Positions 1 to 9,700 of a stretch of DNA of 64,000 bases are shown here, one piece after another. The position numbers were made by a program, and so were the translations under genes. The notes under the pieces were generated by a model. The model saw only the letters and a program-made list of their open reading frames with translations. It did not search any database and was not told the origin of the DNA. This stretch comes from Cyanidioschyzon merolae (lineage: Eukaryota), in assembly GCA_000091205.1 (NCBI GenBank), contig AP006494.2; one strand, 5' to 3'. Positions within the stretch are counted from its first letter, which is position 1. Each line of letters begins with the position of its first letter.

Positions 1-1542
1 GCACGTTTCACACTGCGACATTGCATCGAGTTTGATGCGGAAACCTTTCTATGTGGTATGATGAGCTCCATCGATGCCCTGGTCGGGGTCACGGCAACTC
101 GTGTGCGCTACTGGGACCTTGCCGACCTTGACGGGCAACCGTTTCTCTACGAGGCATCCCTGAAAGCGTGGCCCGTACTCCCGATGATCCTGAAATTGCT
201 GTTAGAAGATGGTGCTGACGATCTCGGCGTCACACACGTTGCTTTGCGAAACGCCCAGCAGCCGCAGTTCATGGATGCGCTGGAATGGCTCCTGTATCGC
301 ACAGCAGTAGCGGAGTCGAAACCAAAAGGGGACGACCAAGAACAGCTTTCCCTGCGTGTCGTGCGTATGCTTCGCAAGTTCGGTGAATACGAGGACATTG
401 TGGTGCACTGCGCTCGCAAAACCGAGGCATACAAGTGGCCGTCGCTTTTTGCGCTGGTTGGCGAACCCACTGCCCTTCTTGAACAGTGCTTCCTTAGTGG
501 CCGCCTGCGTACGGCAGCTTGTCTGCTCATTGTGCTTCAGGAGCTTCACGGATTGCAAGCGAGTGCCTTTCAAGCGCTGCGACTGTTCCAGGCTGCATTG
601 AGTTGTGAGGATGACGCACTCGCCAGGGAACTGATGGGTTACCTGGCTAGGATATCCGCTGATGAAGTCATGTCATCCGGGAGTTGTTCCGCTCGCGAAC
701 ATGCCTCAGCACACATTCCGCAAGGCGGAGCTGCCCGTTCCGAGAAACGAGACCACACCGCAGGGCAGAGCGCCTCGCGTGCTGGGAAAGTCTCCGGTCA
801 ACTCGTAGAATCGGGAGTGGATCACCAGTTTTTCCGAATGGCGGAAACGTCGTTGTTTACGTACGCAACGGAACTGCTCTGGCGATTCGAGCTCTATCGG
901 CTGTGTGTGCTTGCTGAGCGGTTGGGTTTCTCGCTGACCGAGTGGTTGCGTCGCAACTCCACCAGTCACCGGGAGTTTCGCGACTTGTACCTGGGTATCA
1001 CTTCAGCACGGCAACAGTTCCGGGTTGGTACGCCATCATCAGCAGCCGTCCAGCGCGCCATACTGGATATCCAGCATGCACGAGAAAAGCAACATGTCCT
1101 GTTATCGGAACTCGAGGCGACCCGGCGAAGACTGCAAGCTCTCAACCCGAGTCTGGAACATGCAGCCAAGAACGTGCAGAAAACTGCCGCTGCTGTTGAT
1201 CATTGTAGGAATGATCGCGATGACCATGGAAATGATGTTGGCACTGGCACTGATCACACCACTGGTATGCGTTGTCGCCATGACTTTGCCGCTGACGCAG
1301 CAACTGCCTTGGCGATAAGCATTCCATCGCTGATCTACCTGAAACGACTCGCGCAGGCCGCGTACGACGTGGACTATCCCAGTCTCGGGCTCATTCTTGA
1401 TACTCTTTTGCTGCATGGGCAGCGAATTTACCTGGTACTCCAAAGCCATCCTCATTACCAGGAGCCATACCTGCTTGCACTGCGCAAGTTTGATGAACCA
1501 AGTATGAGCGCATTGCTAGGGGCGCTTCAGCAAGCGCTCTAG
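1..1542 (+). CDS. RIC1: RIC1 homologue (RAB6 GEF complex subunit), C-terminal portion; the gene starts upstream of the window
   Basis: The frame is open from base 1 with no upstream stop, so the ATG at 58 is internal. The motif '[19 protein letters not shown] ... [50 protein letters not shown]' matches the conserved RIC1 C-terminal block 'FPHVLELLLH...[23 protein letters not shown]...AASYLIILQ'. The stop is at 1540-1542. Confidence 0.6.
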   Translation, partial: [513 protein letters not shown]

Positions 1543-2971
1543 TTTTGCGGTGTCTTGGAGATACCAGGTTGCGCGTATCTTGGCACCGTTCGCGCACTGG
1601 CATACCATGACTGTCTAAAGCTTGCACTGGTACGAGCAGAGCACATCGACGGTCAGGTTCAGTTGCATCAGACACGGGTCCTTCTGGGAACAGCACGCGC
1701 TCGGCAAACGAATCGGATTACCCGAGACTGCTCCAAAGGCTGGGGATACGGTCTCTGAACCCAGTCTGGGACGTTGTTTGCATAGTGGTGTGCGGCTCGA
1801 GCGCAAACCTGCACTCGCTCGAGCGAAACCTAGCGCAGCCACCGAGCCTGTAAAGAATACCTCAAGGCCGCAGGTTCTCCATCCAGAAAAAAAACGTCGA
1901 GACGAAAGCCATCGAAGAGGTGCACTTCGCGGGCTGCTTGCCTAAGTGAGTTCGTTTGTTCTTGCGTTCTGCGTATGAGCTACCCTCGTCCATCCTTGTC
2001 GCGAGATGCAGTGCCTTCTTGGATACCCTGCGCGGGACAACGACTCGGATACGGGATACCGAGTCCTGTGCACCGACCTCGATGGGTGCAGGTCCACCGA
2101 CGGTTGTATGAGCACCGGGTGTGCCCATTTCGAGACGAACGACCACAAGTTTAACGTTCGGTCATTGTTGTTGTCCTCGGGTGACGCGAGCTGACGTTCC
2201 GAACTTGTGTCCACCGGCGCTTGAGTGCCTCATGAGTATTCCGCCTCGAATCCAGGTATCTTCCTGGGCGCTGGGATTCCGGCGAGGTACGAATGACAAG
2301 GAGTGCTGCACAGATAGTGCAGGCAGGTCTCTCTTAGAAGAACCTGTGGCACCACATTCGCGAAGCAGCGTTGTTCATTGTGGCTCTTCAAAGGCACACG
2401 TCCGTTGCGGGCGATAACGAAACGAGACTCGTTTCACTATCGTACGCATCGTTCGACACCTGTGACGTCAGTTGTGCTCCATTGCAGCTCGCCAGGCGCA
2501 AGACATCACCGCGGGTAGAAAGCACGCTGATATTAAGAAAAAAGTGGCAAGCTTCCAGAAGCGCTCTCGTGACTGCAGCACGCTGCGACGCTACAACACG
2601 ATGCGCCCTGCTCTCTGCGAAACGATCCATGAAGAAAATAACTCAAGCCTCACCAATTGCTTTTCTGGCAACAGACACATAGATACTCCGGAGCAAGAGT
2701 GCCGCTTTGCTATGTTGAGAGCATCATCCTGCTGAGGTGTTTTCTATAACCAACACCAATCACGTCGCGTTCTTTTCCCTTATACGCTTCAGCGTGCAGC
2801 CGACGACGAATATGTATCCGAGAACATTCACGTTCTAGTCCACTTTTTTCCCCTAAATACTGGAAAGCGCTGCTGACGAAAAATCTCTATCCTAGCATAT
2901 CAAGATTAAGTCTGTTCTTCTCCCTGTATGCTGTACAATGCTCCGGAACCGGACACTGTGTCCGAAAACAC

Positions 2972-4543
2972 TCAATTCCGCTTGTTTTCCCTGTATGCTT
3001 GATAGCGCTTCTGAAGAAGCGATGCACATTCCGTTGGCGTCAGTGCCGGATTTGCTAGCTGCTCCTCGATCTGGAATTCCATGATTTCCCCAAGCAGAGG
3101 TCCGACGGGCAGTCCAGGAAGTAAACGACGTACTGCGTGACCATCAAGAAGTGGTTGCAGCTCGCAAGCTCGATCCAAGCCGGTCTCCTTGATCTTGTCA
3201 CGAAACACGAGATACTGCTGCACGATGGGTGTCTCTGAAGCGGTGGACTCTGTCGAAGCAGCTGCGCTAGCCATTGATGCGCCAGAATCGAGCCGCTCGT
3301 CCAAAGCCAGCTGAAGGAGCAGCGCTGCTTGCCACCAGGAACCAAGCGATCGAATCAGGAGTCCTACTTCAACCCGACAGGATCGCTCATTCCAAGCGAG
3401 CGGCTGCAGCACGAGTGTCCTAATCTTGCTGCACGCGGATAGCATGCTGAGAATCGCTTTCTTCTTCTGTTGTTGTACGCGCAGCGCATCATGCAGTATG
3501 TAAAACACAACAGAGCAGCGTTGATCCCTTTTGATTACATAGGAGATATCGAACAAGGGACTGAGGCAGGCTCCCAGAAGTAGCATCTGTCGAGTTCCGT
3601 CCTGCTGCCAAAGTTCAATACCCTCCTTGAGCCAAACGCTACCGAAGCGCTCCAGTCGCTGCACTCGCGTGAGTGCAAGCTCTGTCCAACGGTCGGGATA
3701 GGCGGATTCAGGAATCGACGGCGGCAGCGGAAAGAGGCACTTTGCCAGGCCCATGTCAAACAACAGCGAAAGTGCCATCACGGGTTGCGGGCCTCCCAAC
3801 ATCAGTTCCAGCTCCGTTGCGATACGCTCGCGACTCACCTTGCTGAGGAGCGCCTCTCGAACCCGGGGGCTAGAGGCCGCCTCCAGAACCTCCGGTACGA
3901 CGGTGAAGCCGAATCGACTTGCAAAGCGAACTGCTCGCAAGGCTCGCAAAGGGTCCTCCAAGAAAGTCGTCAACGGTGGCAGGGGTGTACGGATCAGCCC
4001 GGCAGCCAGATCCGTAAGCCCCATCCGAGTCCAGTCTTCCACCTGCTTCGTGTTGATGTTGTAGAAGAGGGTATTGATCGTGAGGTCCCTGCGAAAGGCG
4101 TCCTCCTCGGGGGTGCCGATCGCCATCGAGGGAATACGCGAGTCGGCAGCATACGATTCCTTCCGCAGGTTCACAAAGTCGATCCAGTGATCAAAGAGAC
4201 GCATACGGGCAGTCTCTAGGTGCTTGCTTTGCGCAGGGTTCACGCGGATCACGTGAACGGACCCTTGCTTCTGACCGCGCTCAGCGAGGAAAGCGTCTAC
4301 GCGCTCTGCAAACTCCCTTCCGAGCATGTTGTCGAGTGCGATATCAAGGTCTATCTGGTCTGCGCAGATACCGAGCAACTTGTCGCGAACCCAGCCTCCG
4401 GCGACTCGCAGCGTGCAGCCAAGGCGATAGGATGTATTCACTTCGAGCAGCAGAGAGAAGATTTGTTGTTCAATAGAACTGAGCTCGATCTGCACGAGCA
4501 ACGGACGGTTCAAGTTCCGTTCAGTTCCTGAAACACGTTGCAT
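2972..4543 (-). CDS. CCA-adding tRNA nucleotidyltransferase (class II, PolyA-pol head domain)
   Basis: 'IELSSIEQQIFSLLLEV...RVAGGWVRDKLLG...DLDIAL...DLTINTLFYNINT...EDPLRALRAVRFASRFGF' are the hallmark motifs of eukaryotic CCA enzymes. The ATG at 4543-4541 was verified (+ strand 'cat'). An in-frame upstream ATG at 5230 would add 229 low-complexity His/Gln-rich residues; the annotated ORF is 2972..5230. Confidence 0.8.
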   Translation of the reverse strand: MQRVSGTERNLNRPLLVQIELSSIEQQIFSLLLEVNTSYRLGCTLRVAGGWVRDKLLGICADQIDLDIALDNMLGREFAERVDAFLAERGQKQGSVHVIRVNPAQSKHLETARMRLFDHWIDFVNLRKESYAADSRIPSMAIGTPEEDAFRRDLTINTLFYNINTKQVEDWTRMGLTDLAAGLIRTPLPPLTTFLEDPLRALRAVRFASRFGFTVVPEVLEAASSPRVREALLSKVSRERIATELELMLGGPQPVMALSLLFDMGLAKCLFPLPPSIPESAYPDRWTELALTRVQRLERFGSVWLKEGIELWQQDGTRQMLLLGACLSPLFDISYVIKRDQRCSVVFYILHDALRVQQQKKKAILSMLSACSKIRTLVLQPLAWNERSCRVEVGLLIRSLGSWWQAALLLQLALDERLDSGASMASAAASTESTASETPIVQQYLVFRDKIKETGLDRACELQPLLDGHAVRRLLPGLPVGPLLGEIMEFQIEEQLANPALTPTECASLLQKRYQAYRENKRN

Positions 4544-5889
4544 TGGGCGGGTTTGGTTTTCGAACGCAGCGAGACACCGCAGTTGCAACCAGGTCTTCCG
4601 GAACCGATGAGCGCTTCTGGTTGCTATGGAACTACACAGGAGACGCTTTCGTGGAAGATTGTGGAGAGACAAGTTGCGGAACCCCGGTATGAGGAAGCAG
4701 CACTGCGTCGTATGCGTCTCGCGATGAACTGGTATGCTAAAAGCGGTATCACGGAAGACCCACGCCACGACTCGTGGCGTTTGCTTCGGTAGCGACAGCA
4801 CCTGCCGCTGCTGATGCTGCTGCTGGTGCTGGCGGTGGTGCTGGTGCTGTGCGTTTCGTAGTGAAACGCTTGAAATGAACGGAACGACTCGGGTGGGTAA
4901 GCCACGCAGCACACGAGTCGTAGCCACTGCGTGTGTCTCCTCAGAGCGGTACTCGCTATGTTTGGTTCTCGGCCAAGAGATGTTTCCGCTCACCTGCTGA
5001 GGATTCAAAGGTGTTTCAGGTCGCCGGGGGACCAACTGAGAGGTCAGCGTTTCCGTGAACCGAGACACGCCTCTCTTGGGGCTCGTCCAAACGCTGTTTC
5101 CACTGGCCTGCTGCAGAGCCAGAGGTGTTTGTGCTCGTTGAATAATCGCTCGGGCCAGTCTCCCTCTGGAACCGCTGCTATCTGTGCCGCTTTCCAAACG
5201 TTGCAACGCTCTACCCAGAGCAGAGTGCATTCAAATTGCTCACGAACTAGCCCGACTGCCGGCCCAAACAAGCCCAGAGAACAGCAGAGCACAGGGAACT
5301 CTTGACGGCATTCGAGCCGTTGGCCTTGACCCGTTTCCAGCCGCGACATCCACCGTTGGCTTTCAACGCCTGGACAAACGGACGTTTTGAGCACTGGACG
5401 TTTCAGGCACCCTTGGGATCGTTCACGAGCACGTAGACCTTTTGACACGAATAAAAGGCTTCTTAAGCGCGGAACTTGTCAAGCACATTCGTACTCGGTC
5501 ACGAGGAAACACAACCTCTCTCTGAACACAGAGTTTTAGAAAGAAAGGAGCTTTGCGACCGTTTTGCTTCATTCCCCCGGACTTTACACCGAAGTGTACT
5601 GCAGACCAAGCTCCAAATAAGTTTCCCGTCAGGCAGTGCGCTTGCAGCCTCCGAGTTACGCTTGCTATTGGGCGTATTACTCGCACAACGCTTTCACGAA
5701 CGACTCGGTTGCGCAGCAGCAGATACTTTTGAGGTCTGCTCGCTCGTACGCACTGGGTACGTTGAACGAGCCGCTCGGTTGGGGATAACATCTGCGTTAG
5801 CGCGCTGCGACTAGTTCGTACCTGTCACTGTCCTCTGTTGCACATTATTTTCTGGTCCTGTTGGGCCACCCGTAACGCGACGCTACCAG

Positions 5890-6501
5890 ATGCGTCTGTA
5901 TGCCCTAACGATACTGCGAAGACGCAGTGATGAAACCGAGCCGACGCTTCTGAGCGCTGCCTACGAACTAAGCGACTTTAACTACTTCCAGCGGAGTAGC
6001 GTACGCGAGTTTGCTGCCTTCTTTGCAAAACTGATTGCGAAGCGAGTCACACTCGGAGAGCGCCTATCTGTGGATCACGAGAACTACGTATGTTACGCTT
6101 ACGCTCGTGTGAATGGCGTGATCGCAGTTGCGCTATGCGATGCGGAATATCCACAACGCGTTGCATTTAGTCTCCTGGGGCAGGTCCTGGATGAGTTTCG
6201 CCGAACCTTTCCCGAGTCGCAGTATCTCCAGGTACCTGCAGAAGCGATCCAAGTACGAGAGTTTCCGTACCTCGCGGATCGTCTCCAGAGGTACCAAAAT
6301 CCCGTGGAAGCGGATCCTCTAATGCGGATCGAGAAAGATCTCGATGAGACGAAATCCACCCTGCATCAAACTATCGACAGTATACTGGAGCGCGGCGTCA
6401 AGCTCGATCAGTTGGTGGACAAGAGTAACGATCTTTCATTGCAGAGCAAGATGTTTTATCGCACGGCACGGAAACAGAATAGCTGTTGCAACCTGTCGTA
6501 G
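5890..6501 (+). CDS. YKT6: Ykt6 longin-domain R-SNARE (prenylated v-SNARE)
   Basis: Near full-length colinearity with Ykt6: 'MRLYALTIL...FQRSSVREFAAFFAKLIAKR...VCYAYARVNGVIAVALCDAEYPQRVAFSLLGQVLDEF...RYQNPVEADPLMRIEKDLDETKSTLHQTIDSILERGVKLDQLVDKSNDLSLQSKMFYRTARKQNSCC'. The C-terminal 'CCNLS' is a double-Cys prenylation box. ATG verified. Confidence 0.92.
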   Translation: MRLYALTILRRRSDETEPTLLSAAYELSDFNYFQRSSVREFAAFFAKLIAKRVTLGERLSVDHENYVCYAYARVNGVIAVALCDAEYPQRVAFSLLGQVLDEFRRTFPESQYLQVPAEAIQVREFPYLADRLQRYQNPVEADPLMRIEKDLDETKSTLHQTIDSILERGVKLDQLVDKSNDLSLQSKMFYRTARKQNSCCNLS

Positions 6502-8458
6502 GTGCAGCTGGTTTCGAAGAATGAGCAGAATACGCATCATGGTTTGCTGAAGGTGAGCGCCGTATGAACCTCACCTAGAATAGACCGGCAATGATGCTTG
6601 CAGGTCACTGGCCTTCTTCTCCGAGGAATGCCGTTGAGCGGCATGCTCTTTCCGAAACCGCAAAATCTGCACAGGATCGACGCTTGCCCGTTTCTCGCGT
6701 TGATTCCTGCTAGAAGCTGTGTTTTCTTCCAAGTATGCGCTGTCGGCCCATTACGCGCACGAGCGCAACAGCGCTGTGGCAGTGGACTGCAAAAGCGCCC
6801 GAATTGTTTGACACGTCGAGACTCGAGAGCTGCTCGGAAGGATTGGCCTCGTCGCTTTGTGGAAGTATATACGCGCATGGCGCTGCCGTGCCTGTGTACT
6901 CGGTCCTTATGATGCCGTGGTGCAAAACGCAAACTGTAGCTGCATCCCCGGTATGAGATGCATGTGTGCGAGCCCTGCATAGGGAATCTGTTGCCGGAGA
7001 ATGAGCGGCACTCGCAGCGCGAGCAGCAGCACTTGTATTTCAATCGTTTCCAATATAGATGAGCATGCGTCTTTTGAAGTATGCTCTTTACCAGGGACGT
7101 CTGTTCGCTATCGAGGTGCGCGCTGCGAAGCATCTTATGACCAGTTTCGTGCAGAAGGAGCATGTCCCTTGTCGGAGCGCATGCGGGCATCCCATGACGA
7201 CGCAAGCGGGCGAGCTTGCGTCTGTAAGAATCTACTCCTGGGAGGTGTCCACTGACTTGCCCAGCGATGAACACCTCGGAACGACCATGTTGTTATGGCG
7301 TATCCAAATCCGCTACAGCTGCAAGAATGGAACGTGCTCAGGAAAGTCGTATCTCGCAACTGTCCGAAAGCGTCAACAGCCGAGTTGAGAACTGCATCCG
7401 GATGCGCGCTGTGCACAAATAAAAGTATGAGTTGTTTCGTGCGAAAAAGCTTCAATCACAGCTCTTTCGTAGCAAGTCTCTGGTAGCGTCTACAATGACG
7501 TCAGGGACGCAATCCCCCCCTCAGAGACGCTACGCAGTAGCCAGCCGGCTCCGCGACTGCAGCTGAAGATTCCACACACTTCATATGCGTTTCTCACGGC
7601 GTAGTGGACCAGTCTCCCTCTGTTGCACCAGAGGCGACGCAGCGGCTTTCCGGCGGTTGCACCTGAGCCGGGCCATAATTCCCGTAGATCGGCAGTACGA
7701 ACTGCTACTCGCCAATTCACGATAAAAGTTTTGGGTCGTCCGAACGCTACAAGGGTTTCCGGCGAAGCAGCACGTGAGGCATCGTGAACTGGATCATCCG
7801 ATCTGAACGCATGATCGATCACTGCGAAAGCCTCGAATAGTACAGCGTCCAGGTCACTCGACAGGCATCAGCTTCACGCTCGAATTCAAACCGGATCAGG
7901 TGTGTTACATAGACTGGTATCGTGCCGAAGCATTCTTTCAAAAAACCATCATCAGTCTCTGGGATATCAGGAACAGCGCTTTGCTATGTACAGTGCGCAA
8001 GATCATCATGGAAACGAGCCGTTGTACTGGATACGCTACGCAGGTCATGCTCAGAGTTTCGTTCGTGAAGTTCATGCCTCGATGATCGGTTGCGCTGACG
8101 CACCGCTGCGAGGCTAGGCAGAATCAGCAATCCCGCCACCGGCGAAACGCTGCTTGCTCCTCAACGGCGGCTTAATGGGTAGCCATCGCAAGCGCGATGA
8201 GGTCGGTACCTCGGTGATCGGTGGTGTCCATGCTCCCCGGGCGAGGCTCTGCAGATGCAGCGACGCCGCCGCTTGCTCATTGGACTGTGCTCTGTAGAAC
8301 GCACACCTTTGCTCCTTCAACAGGAATTCCAAGAGAGCCCAAAGACTGCATTTCACAGCGCGTACGCTTCACCGATCGGAACGACAACCAGTCAGGATTG
8401 CGTCCTGGAGATGAGCGCCAACCTCGGTGCTCCCTGCAGGCACGCACCAAAAGCTGCA

Positions 8459-9238
8459 TCAAGATGACGGTTCATAGTCTCGCGAGAGGTCTATGCCCGT
8501 ACCCTCCAGATGCACATTCGTCAAGCGTATTCGTCTCGTGGATGATGACCCAGATGACCTCGCACCGGGTCGAGCGCGCCGTTTCAGCTGGGGTGGTCGC
8601 TGTGCACCGGTCGGTGCCAGAGCAGCTCGCACAGCCTCATGATTGCTTCCTTGCTTCAGACCGCGCTGGAGCAAGTAATCGTACACAACGCTGGAATCTG
8701 GGATTGGAATACTTTGCCAGAGTTTGCGCACTTGTTCACTTATGCGGACGTACAGCGTCGGATCATTTGGGAACAGAATCACTTCCTTCGTGTGTTCGCT
8801 GGGACGAAACGCGAGTATCAGCGGCGGGTTCCGCTCATATGCCAGTTCTCGAATATCTCGCAAGGCGTCCCGGTATGAGTCCTGCAGTTCCGAAACTGGA
8901 ATACCTTCTACCGAAGTTTTGAGCAAGTTCAGCAGATCATCGCGGTTACGCAAATAGTATTTCGAGCGCCAGCGCCAGCGCCCGTCCGACTCCAGTAAGA
9001 CGCGGGGGTTCCCGACCAAGTTCACCCACAGCTCCGAGTCTCGTTGCAAGCGTATCTGCAGGGCTTCCTCTATCTCTTCAGGTGAAACTGGTCTGAGCTC
9101 TTTTTTTAGATACCGTAAAACCTTGTGGAGCTGCGCACCGAGCGGTTCACTTGAAAAGGGACCCGCAACGACTTCGCCCGCAGCAGGCGGGTTGATATCG
9201 CCGTCTCCGGGTAGTGGGGTGCGGGTCAACTGCGTCAT
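8459..9238 (-). CDS. general transcription factor TFIIE beta subunit (TFA2/GTF2E2)
   Basis: The winged-helix and C-terminal blocks align with human TFIIE-beta: 'LHKVLRYLKK...NPRVLLESDGRWRWRSKYYLRNRDDLLNLL...EVILFPNDPTLYVRISEQVRKLWQSIPIPDSSVVYDYLLQRGLK' against 'LAKIVNYMK...[29 protein letters not shown]...[24 protein letters not shown]'. ATG verified. Confidence 0.8.
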   Translation of the reverse strand: MTQLTRTPLPGDGDINPPAAGEVVAGPFSSEPLGAQLHKVLRYLKKELRPVSPEEIEEALQIRLQRDSELWVNLVGNPRVLLESDGRWRWRSKYYLRNRDDLLNLLKTSVEGIPVSELQDSYRDALRDIRELAYERNPPLILAFRPSEHTKEVILFPNDPTLYVRISEQVRKLWQSIPIPDSSVVYDYLLQRGLKQGSNHEAVRAALAPTGAQRPPQLKRRARPGARSSGSSSTRRIRLTNVHLEGTGIDLSRDYEPSS

Positions 9239-9700
9239 CGGCGTCAGCCGCTTAATCTACAGCGATCAGTATACAGCTGATGAGATTGACGGCCCAAGTA
9301 GGGTTCTGTGGAGTGCGGTTCCTTCCTGAAGCCCCGGAAGCTCGAGAGACGCCTCGCCACACCCGCGCTCGGCGGTACTCGAGTGCCCTGAGTGATACCA
9401 ACCACCACCACAGTCAGTGTGTGCGTGTGTGTGCAGCGTCCAAGTCAACGTCAACTGCACTGTGGATCGCTCCACTTGATCCACAGCCAGAGTTCTTGAA
9501 CGCTGGCACGTGTCGGCACCCGAACCGCCTCAAAGGTCCAGCGAACGCTGCTATGGCTTGACGGAGCCGGCGCTCGGCGAAACGGAGCGCTGCCCGCCAG
9601 CGTACCAGGCGAACGGCCATTTTCAACGGTATCTGCTGCTGAACATACGTTGTCTATTCTTTACGCTTCGCTGTTGCGTGCCTTGAGCTGCATTCTGACG

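Noticed and set aside
6537-7274. A 245-aa minus-strand ORF (Cys/Arg-rich) in the Ykt6-TFIIE-beta spacer.
   Set aside because: It has no recognisable domain and an Arg/Cys/Ser-rich composition typical of spurious ORFs in GC-rich DNA. It lies in the 3'-3' convergent spacer of two well-supported genes.
9650-9700. The ORF-track starts at 9650, 24359, 26469, 31207, 34961, 46245 and 19686.
   Set aside because: Inspection of the DNA shows that these 'M' codons are TTG or GTG. The first in-frame ATG codons (9701, 24326, 26478, 31276, 34988 and 46194) were used instead.
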